Source: Actinomycetales bacterium | Lineage (GTDB): Bacteria > Actinomycetota > Actinomycetes > Actinomycetales > JBBRBF01 | NCBI GenBank assembly: GCA_038206105.1 | Contig: JBBRBF010000004.1 | Location: 8,053 to 72,052, forward strand | DNA length: 64,000 nucleotides | Direction of reading: 5' to 3' | Shown here: in pieces, positions 36,382-49,505 of the stretch | Numbering within the stretch: position 1 is the stretch's first letter | Layout of the letters: the number at the start of each line of letters is the position of its first letter | Made by a program: the position numbers and the translations under genes | The notes under the pieces: model-generated | What the model saw: the letters and a program-made list of their open reading frames with translations, nothing else | Told to the model about the DNA's origin: nothing | Database searches by the model: none

Positions 36382-36935
36382 AGCCCCGCCAGGCGGGCCT
36401 CGCCGCGGGAGGCGAGCCGGTCGCGCAGCCGCGCCGCCTCCCCCGGCGGCAGGCCGGGGATGCTCGCGTCCGTCCCGGGGGAGGCCGTGTGCAGCTGGAC
36501 CGAGGAGATCGCGAACCGGCGGTCGACCGGCCCCGCGTTGACGTCGACGTACTGCATCCGGCCGTAGGGGACCACGACGACCTGACGGAACATCAGGCCC
36601 TTGCGCACGAGCAGGTCGTCCTCCCGCTCTGCGTAGCCGATGGCCCGCACCTGCCGGGGGACCAGCCACAGCAGCCACGCCAGCACGAGCAGCAGCGGCA
36701 GCAGCGCGAGCAGCGGCCAACCCGTCCGCAGCACGATCGTCAGCACCGTGATCGGCACGAGGAACGGCGCCAGCCCGAGCAGCACACCGAGGCGGCGGAC
36801 CGTGACCAGGCGGGGTGACACCGCGGTCCAGCGCACTCCGGGAGGGGCGAACGGCTCCTCGACCCGCCGGCTGCGGGGGCGCTCGTCGGCGCCGTCCGCT
36901 CCGGGCTCCTCGGGGGGCTCACTCACCCGTGCCAT
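36378..36935 (-). CDS. PH-domain (bPH_2, YdbS-like) membrane protein
   Basis: 185 aa with two TM helices followed by a PH-like domain (PYGRMQYVDV). Confidence 0.7.
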   Translation of the reverse strand: MARVSEPPEEPGADGADERPRSRRVEEPFAPPGVRWTAVSPRLVTVRRLGVLLGLAPFLVPITVLTIVLRTGWPLLALLPLLLVLAWLLWLVPRQVRAIGYAEREDDLLVRKGLMFRQVVVVPYGRMQYVDVNAGPVDRRFAISSVQLHTASPGTDASIPGLPPGEAARLRDRLASRGEARLAGL

Positions 36936-37016
36936 GGTGGCAGAGCCGGCGCAGGAGGGTGCGCCGGCCGGACGCGGGCGAGGTCTCCACCGACAGGCGG
37001 GTGCGACAGTTGCCGT

Positions 37017-37691
37017 GTGAACGCAGCCACGCCCTCAGCGAGCGCCGCGCCGGCGGCCCCGGGACCCCGCCTCGACGTGCTCGACTGGCGACGGCGGGTC
37101 GCTGCCCTGTACGCCGCGGTCCGCGACGCGGCCGTGACCGACCCGGCCGCTGCGCACACCGCGTGGCGGGTGGGCCGCGAGGAGCTCTTCGAGATGCACC
37201 CCGCGTCCCCGCTGCTGCCGGCCACCCGGGAGGCCTTCACGGGGATCCCTGTGGCTCCCTACGACCCCGCGCTGCGCTTCGTGTCCGAGCTGGAGGCCTG
37301 CGACTCGGAGCACATGGACGTCGCCACCGGCACCGACGGGGTCGCACCCTTCGACCGGGTCGGGCGTGTCCGTCTCGACGGGCTGGGCAGCCTCGACGTG
37401 TGGTGGCTGGGCAGCTACGGCGGCGGGCTGTTCGTGCCGCTGCGGGACGCGGGCGCGGGCACGACGTCCTACGGCGGCGGCCGGTACCTGCTGGACACCG
37501 TCAAGGGCGCCGACCTCGGCGGGTCGACGCCCCCGGACGGCGCACCGCGCCTCGTGCTGGACCTCAACTTCGCCTACCACCCGTCGTGCGCCTACGACCC
37601 GGCGTGGGCCTGCCCGCTGGCACCTGTCGGCAACCGGCTGGACGCCGTGGTCGACGTCGGCGAGCTGCTCCCCGAGCGTCCCTGGTACTGA
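37017..37691 (+). CDS. DUF1684 domain-containing protein
   Basis: GGGRYLLD and NFAYHPSCAYDPAWACPL blocks. Confidence 0.8.
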   Translation: MNAATPSASAAPAAPGPRLDVLDWRRRVAALYAAVRDAAVTDPAAAHTAWRVGREELFEMHPASPLLPATREAFTGIPVAPYDPALRFVSELEACDSEHMDVATGTDGVAPFDRVGRVRLDGLGSLDVWWLGSYGGGLFVPLRDAGAGTTSYGGGRYLLDTVKGADLGGSTPPDGAPRLVLDLNFAYHPSCAYDPAWACPLAPVGNRLDAVVDVGELLPERPWY

Positions 37692-37731
37692 CCGGCGTTC
37701 TCGGCACCGACCGGCGTCCCCGGCGCGGACC

Positions 37732-38697
37732 TCAGCCGATCAGGCCCGCGTCGGTCAGCCAGGCCTCGGCGACGTCGGCGGGCTGCTGCCGCTCGGCGTC
37801 CACCTGCCGGTTCAGCTCGATCAGGTCGTCCGTGGTGAGCTCGTCCGCGAGCGAGTTCAGGGCGTCGGTGAGCGCGCTGTCACCGGCGGCGTCGGCGTTC
37901 ACGGCCGGCACGAGGTTGTCGGCGAGCTGGAGCTTCTGGTCGTCCTCCAGCAGCACGAGGCCGTCGTCCTCGAGCCGACCGTCGGTTGTCGCGACCAGGC
38001 CCAGCTGGGCATCGCCGCCGGCGACCGCCTGCTTCGTCTGCGGGGTGCCGAAGCCCGTCGGCAGGATCTCGGTGATCTCGATGCCGTATGTGTCGGTCAG
38101 GCCGGGGGCGCAGAAGGGCCGGTCCGAGCACTCCTCGGTCGCGGCGAGCACCACGGGCTCACCGAGGTCACCGAGGTCCGACAGCGTGGTGAGGCTGTTC
38201 GCGTCGGCGAACTCCTGGGTGACGGCGTAGCCGTTCTGGTCCGCGGCCTGGGCCGGGTCGAGCAGCGTGACGTTCTGCTCCTCGGCCAGCGGCTGCATCG
38301 CCTCCACCGTCGCCTCGGGGTCGTTGGTGGCGATGGGCTCGGCGTCCGGCCCGTTGGCGCCGAGGTTGAGGAACTCCGCCAGCGTCGCCGCGTACTCCGG
38401 GACGACGTCGATGTCGCCGCTGCTCAGCTCCGGGAAGTACAGCTCGCGGTTGTCCGCGTTCACCGTCTCGGTGCTCAGTCCGGCGTCCTCCAGCAACGAG
38501 ACGTACATCGCCTGCATGATGAGCATCTCGGTGAAGTTCGCGCCGCCCACGACGATGGTCTCGCCGGAGCCCGTGGCGCCGCCGGACTCCTCGGTGAACG
38601 GGTCGCCGCCGGCGTCGTCGCTGCCACCGCAGGCGGTGAGGAACAGGGAGGCGCCGGCGAGTCCGGCGAGCAGGGGCAGACGTCGATGAGTGCGCAC
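37732..38697 (-). CDS. Glycine betaine/osmoprotectant ABC transporter substrate-binding lipoprotein
   Basis: GTG 38697. Lipobox LFLTAC. OpuAC-type blocks (VVGGANFTEMLIM, DIDVVPEY). Confidence 0.8.
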   Translation of the reverse strand: MRTHRRLPLLAGLAGASLFLTACGGSDDAGGDPFTEESGGATGSGETIVVGGANFTEMLIMQAMYVSLLEDAGLSTETVNADNRELYFPELSSGDIDVVPEYAATLAEFLNLGANGPDAEPIATNDPEATVEAMQPLAEEQNVTLLDPAQAADQNGYAVTQEFADANSLTTLSDLGDLGEPVVLAATEECSDRPFCAPGLTDTYGIEITEILPTGFGTPQTKQAVAGGDAQLGLVATTDGRLEDDGLVLLEDDQKLQLADNLVPAVNADAAGDSALTDALNSLADELTTDDLIELNRQVDAERQQPADVAEAWLTDAGLIG

Positions 38698-38818
38698 AGG
38701 GCACCGCCTTCTGTGTCCCGCGGCCGCAGGGGCCGCGCGTGTCCGGCAGGCACCAGGACCAGCGCCCGCTGATGGTCCAGTCAACTCGGGGACGCGCGAC
38801 CGCACACCTCGAGACGCA

Positions 38819-39571
38819 TCACGATCGGGTCACGGCCCCAGCAGGTGTCGGCCCCGAGCCGGCCGCGACGGCCTGACGGGTACGGGCGCGCGCCCGGCGG
38901 ACCGCGCGCTTCGCGGGGTCGACGCGGTCGGTCAGCACCGCCATCAGCACCTCGATCACGAGCGCGAACACCGCGATGATGATCGCCCCCGCGACGAGCT
39001 CGCCGACGTCCCGGTTGGCGTAGCCGCTGGTGACGATCCGCCCGAGACCGCCGAACGCCGCGATCGCGGCGATCGCGACCGTCGCGACGAGCTGCACCGC
39101 CGCCAGCCGCACCCCCGTCATCAGCAGCGGCGTCGCCAACGGCAGCTCGACGCGCGTGAGCACCTGCCACGCCGTCATCCCCATCCCCTGAGCCGCCTCG
39201 ACGGCGCCGCGGTCGACCTCGCGCATCCCCACATAGGTGTTCGTGATGATCGGGGGGATCGCGAACAGGGTGAACGCGACCAGCGCGGACGTGACCGACA
39301 GCCCGAACGGCGGCCGCGGCGCGAGCACGAGGATGACGAGGATCGCCAGCGTCGGCACGGCCCGGCCGATGTTGCCGATCTGCACGGCGAGCACGCCGCC
39401 CTTGCCGATGTGGCCGAGCCACACGGCCAGCGGCAGCGCGACGAGGCACGCGAGGCCCAGCGAGGCGACGGTGAGGCCCATGTGCTCCACGAACAGCGCC
39501 GGGACGCCCCGCCGCCCCTGCCAGTTCGCGGGGTCCCCGAACCACTCGGCCGTCGCACCGACCCAGCCCAT
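38819..39571 (-). CDS. ABC transporter permease (Opu type)
   Basis: ATG shares 1 nt with the upstream stop (TGATG). BPD-type permease helices. Confidence 0.85.
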   Translation of the reverse strand: MGWVGATAEWFGDPANWQGRRGVPALFVEHMGLTVASLGLACLVALPLAVWLGHIGKGGVLAVQIGNIGRAVPTLAILVILVLAPRPPFGLSVTSALVAFTLFAIPPIITNTYVGMREVDRGAVEAAQGMGMTAWQVLTRVELPLATPLLMTGVRLAAVQLVATVAIAAIAAFGGLGRIVTSGYANRDVGELVAGAIIIAVFALVIEVLMAVLTDRVDPAKRAVRRARARTRQAVAAGSGPTPAGAVTRS

Positions 39572-40281
39572 CAGCCGGCCCTCCCCCGCTGCCAGGGTGT
39601 CGCGGCCTTCTGCGCGGCGAGCAGCAGCAGGTCCGCCGCGACCGCCAGCACCACGCACAGGAGCGATGCGGTGAACACCTCGGCGCGGAACGTCGAGCTC
39701 AGTCCGCGGGTGATGAGGTCACCGAGGCCGCCGTACCCGACGATGGTGCCGACCGTGGTCAGCGCGACCGTCGAGACGGCCGCGACGCGCAGGCCCGCGA
39801 AGGACGCAGGGAGCGCGAGCGGCACCTCGACCTTCCACAGCAGTCGCCACCGGCCGTACCCCATCCCGAGGGCCGCGTCGCGGACGTCGTCGTCGACGGC
39901 GTCGAGCCCGGCGAGGATGTTGCGCACCAGGATCGTCAGCGAGTACAGCACCAGCCCGGTGATGACGGTCGCGGCGGACAGCCCGGTGAACGGCAGCAGC
40001 AGCGAGAACATGGCCAGCGACGGGATCGTGTAGAGCACGGTGGAGACCCCGATGGTGAGCGGGCGGATCCGGCGGATCTGCCGCGCCAGCACCGCCATCG
40101 GGACGGCGATGGCCAGCCCGAGCAGCAGGGCGACCCCGGTGATGTACAGGTGCTCCTGCGTCCCGGCGAGCAGCACGTCGGCCCGGGTCCGCACGTACTC
40201 GGGACAGATCCAGTCGTTGCGGACAAGACAGTTGTCGGCGACGCTGCTCGCGTGGACAGCACCGGTGACGAGGACGGACAC
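39571..40281 (-). CDS. ABC transporter permease (Opu type)
   Basis: GTG 40281. N-terminal NCLVRNDWICPEYVRTR block typical of OpuCB-like permeases. Tail of track ORF 39571..41844. Confidence 0.8.
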   Translation of the reverse strand: MSVLVTGAVHASSVADNCLVRNDWICPEYVRTRADVLLAGTQEHLYITGVALLLGLAIAVPMAVLARQIRRIRPLTIGVSTVLYTIPSLAMFSLLLPFTGLSAATVITGLVLYSLTILVRNILAGLDAVDDDVRDAALGMGYGRWRLLWKVEVPLALPASFAGLRVAAVSTVALTTVGTIVGYGGLGDLITRGLSSTFRAEVFTASLLCVVLAVAADLLLLAAQKAATPWQRGRAG

Positions 40282-40305
40282 GGCGGGAACGCTACCGAGG
40301 AAGTG

Positions 40306-41439
40306 ATGATCCGGCTCGAGGGAGTCGGCAAGCGCTACCCCGACGGGACCGTCGCCGTGGACGACCTCGACCTGGAGGTCCGCCGCGGCGAGCTCGTCGC
40401 GCTCGTCGGCCCGTCCGGCTGCGGCAAGTCGACCACCCTGCGGCTGGTGAACCGGCTGATCGAGCCGACGTCCGGCCGGATCGTGATCGAGGGCGACGAC
40501 GTCACCCACGTCGACGTCGTGAAGCTGCGCCGCCGGATCGGCTACGTGATCCAGCAGGTCGGGCTGTTCCCCCACCTCACGGTGGCAGGCAACGTCGGTA
40601 CGGTGCCCGACCTGCTCGGCTGGGACTCCTCCCGCACGCGTGAGCGCGTCTCCGAGCTGCTCGACCTCGTCGGGCTGCCCGCCGACGAGTACGGCAAGCG
40701 GTACCCGCACGAGCTGTCCGGCGGTCAGCGCCAACGGATCGGGGTGGCCCGGGCGCTCGCCGCCGACCCGCCGGTGCTGCTGATGGACGAGCCCTTCGGC
40801 GCGGTCGACCCGATCGCGAGGGACCGGCTGCAGGGGGAGTTCCGCCGGATCCAGAACGAGCTGCACAAGACGGTTCTCTTCGTGACGCACGACATCGACG
40901 AGGCGGTGCGTCTCGCCGACCGGATCGCGGTCCTCAGCCAGGGCGGCCGGCTCGAGCAGCTCGCCGACCCGACCACCGTGCTCGGCGCCCCCGCCAACGA
41001 CTTCGTGGCCGACTTCGTGGGCTCCGACCGTGGACTGCGACGCCTCGCCGTCACACCGATCGAGTCGCAGGACCTCGAGCACCCGCCGACGGTGCTCCTC
41101 AACGACCCGGCGGCCACCGCCCGCGACGCCGTGGACGGCGCCCCCCAGCCGTACGCGGTGGTGCTCGACGACCGCGGTGGCCTGCACGGGTGGGTCTCGC
41201 GCCGGCACCTCGACGGCGACGGCGCCGTCCGGCAGCGGCTGCACCGCTTCGACGAGACCATCGAGCTCGGGGACTCGCTGCGGCGCGGCCTCGCGGAGAT
41301 CGTGCAGCACGACGCCGGGTGGCTGCCCGTGCTCGAGGGCGACCGGTACGCGGGCGTGCTCACCCCCGACGCCGTCTACGCCGCCCTGCGGCGGACCGTG
41401 CCCGCCGACGCCCGCGAGGTGGCGGCCGAACCGGTCTGA
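40306..41439 (+). CDS. Glycine betaine/proline ABC transporter ATP-binding protein with C-terminal CBS pair
   Basis: ATG 40306 with GAGGAAG RBS. Walker A GPSGCGKST, signature LSGGQRQR, Walker B LLMDEP. Confidence 0.9.
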   Translation: MIRLEGVGKRYPDGTVAVDDLDLEVRRGELVALVGPSGCGKSTTLRLVNRLIEPTSGRIVIEGDDVTHVDVVKLRRRIGYVIQQVGLFPHLTVAGNVGTVPDLLGWDSSRTRERVSELLDLVGLPADEYGKRYPHELSGGQRQRIGVARALAADPPVLLMDEPFGAVDPIARDRLQGEFRRIQNELHKTVLFVTHDIDEAVRLADRIAVLSQGGRLEQLADPTTVLGAPANDFVADFVGSDRGLRRLAVTPIESQDLEHPPTVLLNDPAATARDAVDGAPQPYAVVLDDRGGLHGWVSRRHLDGDGAVRQRLHRFDETIELGDSLRRGLAEIVQHDAGWLPVLEGDRYAGVLTPDAVYAALRRTVPADAREVAAEPV

Positions 41440-41494
41440 TCTGATCTGACCCCGTCGATGCCGGGTCCGGCGACGCGATCGGCCGGTTCCGGGA

Positions 41495-41992
41495 TCAGTG
41501 CGCGGCACCCACCGGGGGCATCCCGCCCGCGTCGTCATCGTCCTCGGCCTCGTCGTCGTCGGGCAGCCGGCACCAGCGCTCCACGACGAGACCGGCGACG
41601 ACCATCGCGAGGGCGGCGAGGGTCGCCAAACAGGCCAGCACGAACCGCTCGCGACGCGGCTCGATCGCGAGGTCACCGGCGACGAGCAGGGCCTGCGCGG
41701 CGTACCAGCCGGTGAGCGCCGCCCCGGAGAGCGAGCAGGCCTGGGCGAGCACCACGGTCCGGGCGGCTCGCAGCGGGTCCAGCGGTCGGTCCCGGTGCCC
41801 GGCGTTCCACCGCCGGACCGGCCGCCCCACGAGCAGCACGGCACCCGCGACGACGAGCATCGCGACGACCGCCAGCCACGGCAGCGGCAGGCCGGTGCCG
41901 CCGCGGGACTCCCACAGCCCCAGCGCTGAGAAGCCGACGACGCCGACGACGGCGGCCGTCGCCGCCAGGTGGCGGCGCCGCGTCGCCCTCAC
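41495..41992 (-). CDS. DUF3180 membrane protein
   Basis: GTG overlaps the folK stop (GTGA). Four TM helices. Conserved position after folK. Confidence 0.7.
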   Translation of the reverse strand: MRATRRRHLAATAAVVGVVGFSALGLWESRGGTGLPLPWLAVVAMLVVAGAVLLVGRPVRRWNAGHRDRPLDPLRAARTVVLAQACSLSGAALTGWYAAQALLVAGDLAIEPRRERFVLACLATLAALAMVVAGLVVERWCRLPDDDEAEDDDDAGGMPPVGAAH

Positions 41993-42540
41993 GTCGCGTC
42001 CAGGTCGATGTCGGGGCGCCGCCGCACGCCACCGGCGTCCTGCGCGGCCGCGGCCAGGGCGGCGACCCGGCCGCCCGACGGACCCGGCAGCACGGCGGCC
42101 GGGTCGAGCTCGGCCCACGGCGCGAGCACGAAGGCGCGCTCGTGGGCCCGCGGGTGGGGCAGCGACAGCTCCGCGTCGGACGCGACGAGGTCGCCGACCG
42201 CGACGACGTCCACGTCGAGGGTCCGCGACCCCCAGCGCTCGGTGCGCTGCCGGCCGTGGGCCGCCTCGATGCGGCGGCACCGGTCCAGCAGGGCGCGGGG
42301 CGCGGCGCCGCTGCGGCCGAGGACGACCGCGTTGAGGTAGTCGCCCTGCTCCGGGCCGCCCACCGGGTCGGTCTCGACCACCGGGGAGACGCGGACGGCG
42401 TCGAGCACCGCGCGCAGCGCGGACACCGCCTCCCGCAGCGTCGTCTCGCGGTCACCCAGGTTGGACCCGAGCGCCAGCACCACCGGGACCGGCCGTTCGG
42501 GGACGGCGTCCAGGTCCACCACGCGCACCGGGGAGGTCAC
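41989..42540 (-). CDS. folK: 2-amino-4-hydroxy-6-hydroxymethyldihydropteridine diphosphokinase
   Basis: VLALGSNLGDR, RWGSRTLDVD and LPHPRAHERAFVL blocks. GTGA overlap with folB. Confidence 0.9.
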   Translation of the reverse strand: MTSPVRVVDLDAVPERPVPVVLALGSNLGDRETTLREAVSALRAVLDAVRVSPVVETDPVGGPEQGDYLNAVVLGRSGAAPRALLDRCRRIEAAHGRQRTERWGSRTLDVDVVAVGDLVASDAELSLPHPRAHERAFVLAPWAELDPAAVLPGPSGGRVAALAAAAQDAGGVRRRPDIDLDAT

Positions 42541-42935
42541 GGGGTGACCCGCCCGCGCCGGATCCGCACCACGACGTCGTCGAAGACCACGTCGAGGGGC
42601 GCCTGCGGCTTGTGGACGGCCACGTCGACCAGCCGCACCCGCTCGTCCGCCAGGCACACGTCGGCGACCCGCCGTGCCACGGTCTCGATCAGGTCGTGGC
42701 GCTCCCCGCCGACGACCCCGGCCACCGACGATGCGACGGTCCCGTAGTCGACGGCGTCGGCGAGGTCGTCGCTCGCGGCGGCCGGCCGCGTGTCGAGGTG
42801 CAGCACCACGTCGATCACGAAGTCCTGCCCCTGCTCGGTCTCGAACGCGTGGACGCCGTGGTGACCACGTACGCGGATCCCCTGCACCGCAACGGTGTCC
42901 AGCGGGCGCGACGCGTCGGTGCCGGGGTCAGCCAC
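42537..42935 (-). CDS. folB: Dihydroneopterin aldolase
   Basis: GIRVRGHHGVHAFE and VDYG blocks. GTG start overlaps the folP end by 8 nt. Confidence 0.85.
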   Translation of the reverse strand: MADPGTDASRPLDTVAVQGIRVRGHHGVHAFETEQGQDFVIDVVLHLDTRPAAASDDLADAVDYGTVASSVAGVVGGERHDLIETVARRVADVCLADERVRLVDVAVHKPQAPLDVVFDDVVVRIRRGRVTP

Positions 42936-43809
42936 GCGCACCCGCCCAGGCCGCGGCCACGCGGACCGCGTCCGCGCTGGCGCGCACCTCGTGCACCCGC
43001 ACGCACCAGCCCCCCGCGGCCGCGGCCAGCGCGCTGACCGCGGCCGTCGCGTCGTCGCGGGCGGCGGCAGGCACCGGGTCCCCGGCGCCGCCGAGCAGGT
43101 GACCGAGGAAGCGCTTGCGGGAGGCGCCGACGAGCAGCGGCCGTCCCAGGGACAGCAGGTCGCCGAGCCCGGCGAGCAGTGCCCAGCTGTGCGACGCCTC
43201 CTTCGCGAACCCGAGTCCGGGGTCGAGCACCACCCGCGCCGGGTCGACGCCGGCGTCGACGAGCGCCTCCAGCCGGGCGCGCAGCTCGACCCGGACGTCG
43301 GCCACCACGTCGTCGTAGCGCGCGAGCGAGTCCATCTCGCTGGCGTGCCCGCGCCAGTGCATCGCGACGTACGGGACACCGGCGGCCGCGACCGTGGTGG
43401 CCATCCGGGGGTCGGCGAGGCCGCCGGAGACGTCGTTGACCAGGGCGGCGCCGGCGTCGACGGCGCGCGCGGCGACCTCGGCGCGCATCGTGTCGACGCT
43501 CACGAGGGCGCCCTCGGCGACGAGACCGGCCACGACCGGCAGCACCCGGGCGGCCTCGTCGGCGGCGGGCACCCGGGCGGCGCCGGGTCGCGTCGACTCG
43601 CCACCGACGTCCAGCAGGTCGGCGCCGTCGGCGAGCAGCGCCCGACCCCGGGCGACCGCGGCACCGGTGTCGGCCCAGCGCCCGCCGTCGCTGAACGAGT
43701 CTGGGGTGACGTTCACGACGCCCATCACCAGGGTCCGCCCGGTGGGCAGTCCGGGCAGTCCGTCCGGCGCCGCCGGCCCGGTCGGTGCCGTCGACCGTCC
43801 CTGGGCCAC
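42928..43809 (-). CDS. folP: Dihydropteroate synthase
   Basis: MGVVNVTPDSFSDGG, DVGGESTRPG and DPGLGFAK blocks. Confidence 0.9.
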   Translation of the reverse strand: MAQGRSTAPTGPAAPDGLPGLPTGRTLVMGVVNVTPDSFSDGGRWADTGAAVARGRALLADGADLLDVGGESTRPGAARVPAADEAARVLPVVAGLVAEGALVSVDTMRAEVAARAVDAGAALVNDVSGGLADPRMATTVAAAGVPYVAMHWRGHASEMDSLARYDDVVADVRVELRARLEALVDAGVDPARVVLDPGLGFAKEASHSWALLAGLGDLLSLGRPLLVGASRKRFLGHLLGGAGDPVPAAARDDATAAVSALAAAAGGWCVRVHEVRASADAVRVAAAWAGARG

Positions 43810-43811
43810 GG

Positions 43812-44399
43812 TCAGCGCCCGTGGATCAGGGACAGGGCCTCCGCGCGGCTCGCCGCGTCGCGCAGCTGACCGCGCATCGCCGACGTCACGGTGCGCGACC
43901 CGGGCTTGCGGGCTCCGCGCACCGACATGCACAGGTGCTCGCACTCGATCACGACCATCACGCCCCGTGGTTTCAGCACGCGCACGAGGGTCTCGGCGAT
44001 CTGCGTCGTGAGCCGCTCCTGCACCTGGGGCCTGCGGGCGAAGGCGTCGACGAGACGGGCGAGCTTGCTGAGCCCGGTGATCTGTCCGTCCTCGCCCGGG
44101 ATGTACGCCACGTGCGCGACGCCGTGGAAGGGCAGCAGGTGGTGCTCGCAGAGCGATACGACCTCGATGTCCTTGACGAGCACGAGCTCGTCGTGCCCGA
44201 TGTCGAAGGTGGTGGCGAGCACGGACTCCGGGTCGGTCCACAGGCCGGCGAACGTCTCGGCGTACGCGCGCGCGACCCGCGCAGGCGTCTCGGCGAGCCC
44301 GTCGCGGTCGGGGTCCTCGCCGATCGCGAGCAGGATCTCGCGGACGGCGCGCTCCACCCTGGCAGCGTCGTAGGGCGGCCGCTGGTCTGGCTCGCGCAC
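43812..44399 (-). CDS. folE: GTP cyclohydrolase I
   Basis: [12 protein letters not shown] and VIECEHLCM zinc-site blocks. Last 195 codons of track ORF 43812..46871. Confidence 0.9.
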   Translation of the reverse strand: MREPDQRPPYDAARVERAVREILLAIGEDPDRDGLAETPARVARAYAETFAGLWTDPESVLATTFDIGHDELVLVKDIEVVSLCEHHLLPFHGVAHVAYIPGEDGQITGLSKLARLVDAFARRPQVQERLTTQIAETLVRVLKPRGVMVVIECEHLCMSVRGARKPGSRTVTSAMRGQLRDAASRAEALSLIHGR

Positions 44400-44404
44400 G
44401 CGCG

Positions 44405-46465
<2,061 letters not shown>

Positions 46466-46654
46466 CGGTGCGGGCTGGTGCCCGGTCCCTCCTGCTCACG
46501 CTGCTGGTCATCGACGGTACTACGCGGGGCTGGCGCGGGCCGCATCCCGCTCGCGGCGGCCCGGGCCGGGCACGTGGGGTGAACGCCCCCCACCGCCGCC
46601 GTGTTCCGGGGCCCGCGACCTCCCGGCCGCGCGGCGCAGGCGGTCTGCTGGGTG

Positions 46655-47212
<558 letters not shown>

Positions 47213-47262
47213 CGGCGGCGGTCTCCTCTGCGGTTCGGGACACGGGGCTCGTACGGGCGCGG

Positions 47263-48354
47263 TCACGGATCCGCCCCGGCTGGGACCCCGGGACGCTGCA
47301 GTACCAGCGTGCCACAGCGCCGCCACCCGAGGACGCCGCCGGGCAGGTGCACAGGGCCCTGCCCGCGCCACCGCGTCACGAGGGCGTCGAGCGCCTCGGT
47401 GTGCCTGCGCGAGAGCGCACCGCCGGGTGTGCCGGCCGCCAGGGCCGCGGTCCGCAGCACCCGCATCCGCAGCGCGGCCGGTGCCCGGGCCAGGCCCGCC
47501 ACCCCCAGCGCGCTGCCGCCGCCCGGCCCGGGGGGGACCCCGAGGGCCGTGGCCAGGTCGGCGGCGAGGTCGTCGAGGGCGTCCGCGTCCTCCCGCAGCA
47601 GGTCGGCGCTGCGGGCGAGGCCTGCCGCCGCGGCCGGGCCGACGGCGTCGCGCAGGGCCGGAAGCGCGCCGTGGCGGACCCGGCTGCGGGTCTGGGTGCG
47701 GTCGGTGTTCGTGGGGTCCCGCCACGGGACGAGGCCGAGGGTGGCGCAGGCCGCCTCGGTGTCGGCGCGACCCAGTCCCAGCAGCGGGCGGCGCAGCACG
47801 CCGGACCGGGGCGCGATCCCGGCCAGCGACCGGGCGCCGGACCCCCGCGCCAGGCGCATCAGCACGGTCTCGGCCTGGTCGTCACGCGTGTGCCCGAGCA
47901 GGACGGCGACCGCACCGTGGCCGGTCGCGGCGGCGGCGAGCGCGTCGTGCCGGGCGTCGCGCGCCCGCGCCTCCGGCCCTCCGCCGCCGGCGGGCGCCAC
48001 GCGCACCACCGTGACGTCCACCGGGTGCAGCCCGAGGTCGCAGCACGCCGTCGCGGCCTCGCGTGCGGCGTCGCCGGAGCCGGGCTGGAGGTCGTGGTCG
48101 ACCACCACGGCCCCGGCCCGCAGCCCCGCCCGGGGCGCGACGTACGCCGTCGCCGCGGCGAGGGCGAGGGAGTCCGGGCCACCGCTGCAGGCGACCAGCA
48201 CCAGCGGCCCCGGACCGGCGCTCCCCGTCGCGGCAGCCGCGAGGTCGGCGAGGCCCGCGCGGACGGCGGAGCGAACCGCCGCCACGGCCGGGTGCGGGCC
48301 ACCGCGTCGCGACGCCGGGTCGGGCGGGTGGGGAGGGTCGGGCGGGTCGGGCAC
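47263..48354 (-). CDS. tilS: tRNA(Ile)-lysidine synthetase
   Basis: PP-loop VACSGGPDS. Confidence 0.85.
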   Translation of the reverse strand: MPDPPDPPHPPDPASRRGGPHPAVAAVRSAVRAGLADLAAAATGSAGPGPLVLVACSGGPDSLALAAATAYVAPRAGLRAGAVVVDHDLQPGSGDAAREAATACCDLGLHPVDVTVVRVAPAGGGGPEARARDARHDALAAAATGHGAVAVLLGHTRDDQAETVLMRLARGSGARSLAGIAPRSGVLRRPLLGLGRADTEAACATLGLVPWRDPTNTDRTQTRSRVRHGALPALRDAVGPAAAAGLARSADLLREDADALDDLAADLATALGVPPGPGGGSALGVAGLARAPAALRMRVLRTAALAAGTPGGALSRRHTEALDALVTRWRGQGPVHLPGGVLGWRRCGTLVLQRPGVPAGADP

Positions 48355-48364
48355 GTCGGGTCCC

Positions 48365-49471
48365 TCAGCCGTGCACGCGCCGCACCCAGCTCCGCGGGGC
48401 GGCGATCTCCTCGGGCGACGGCAGGCACTCGGGCCCGGTCCAGACCTGGTTCAGCCCCTCCCAGCCGACGTCGTCCACCACGCCCCGCACGAACCGGGCA
48501 CCGTCGGCGTACTGCCGCATCTTCGCCTCCAGGCCGAGGAGGCGGCGGAGCACCTGGTCGAGCGCCCCCCGGCCGGCGCGCCGGCGCCCGAACCGGCGCC
48601 GGATCTCGGCCACGGTCGGGATCACCTGCGGGCCGACCTCGTCCATCACCACGTCGGCATGACCCTCGAGCAGCGACATCACCGCGGTGGTCTCTGCGAG
48701 TGCCCGGCGCTGCTCGGGGGTCTGCAACAGGTCGATCACCCCCGCCCCGTCGGTCCCCCGGAGGGCGTCCGGCAGGTTCCGCAGGGCGGCGGCGAGCCGC
48801 TCGACGGTCGCCGACGGGTCACTGACGAGGTCGTCGGCGAGCGCCCGCACCTGCCCGACGAGGTGGTCGCGCAACCACGGCGTCGCCGCGAACTGCACCC
48901 GGTGGGTCTCCTCGTGCAGGCACACCCACAGCCTGAAGTCGCGGGGCTCGACCGCCAGCTCGCGCTCGACGTGCACCACGTTCGGCGCCACGAGGAGCAG
49001 GCGGCCCGCCGGCCCGGTCGCAGCGTCGTCGTCGAGCCCGGCGAAGACGTCGTACTGCCCGAGCACGCGGGAGGCGAGGAACGCCAGCAGGGAGCCGACC
49101 TCGGCGCCGGTGACGCGGCTGCCGACCGCGGCGGCGACGGCACCCGGCGTGCTGTCGCGCGAGCGCCAGGCCTTCTCCACGCTGGGCGCGAGCACGGCGC
49201 GGAACCCCGCGATGTTGGCCCGGGACCAGCCGGTCCGGTCCACCACGAGCAGCTCGCTGCCGTTCGGGGTGTCGAGCAGCGCCGTCCGGGCGACGTGGCC
49301 GGTCGACTGGTCGGCGAACGCCCGGAGCTCGCCGACCACCTGCTCGGCCTCGTCGCGGGAGACCACCGGCCCCGGCCGGACCAGGCGGGCGGCAGTCCGC
49401 TCCGCGAGGTCCCAGTCGACGACCTGGTCCACGGGGGGCACGGGGGCCTCGGGGGGTGCGCTCGTCCTCAC
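48365..49471 (-). CDS. Zinc-dependent metalloprotease (DUF2342-like)
   Basis: HEETH zinc motif. GTG 49471. Tail of track ORF 48365..50167. Confidence 0.7.
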   Translation of the reverse strand: MRTSAPPEAPVPPVDQVVDWDLAERTAARLVRPGPVVSRDEAEQVVGELRAFADQSTGHVARTALLDTPNGSELLVVDRTGWSRANIAGFRAVLAPSVEKAWRSRDSTPGAVAAAVGSRVTGAEVGSLLAFLASRVLGQYDVFAGLDDDAATGPAGRLLLVAPNVVHVERELAVEPRDFRLWVCLHEETHRVQFAATPWLRDHLVGQVRALADDLVSDPSATVERLAAALRNLPDALRGTDGAGVIDLLQTPEQRRALAETTAVMSLLEGHADVVMDEVGPQVIPTVAEIRRRFGRRRAGRGALDQVLRRLLGLEAKMRQYADGARFVRGVVDDVGWEGLNQVWTGPECLPSPEEIAAPRSWVRRVHG

Positions 49472-49505
49472 CGGCTCACCGTACGGGTGGCCTGCCCCGG
49501 TCACC

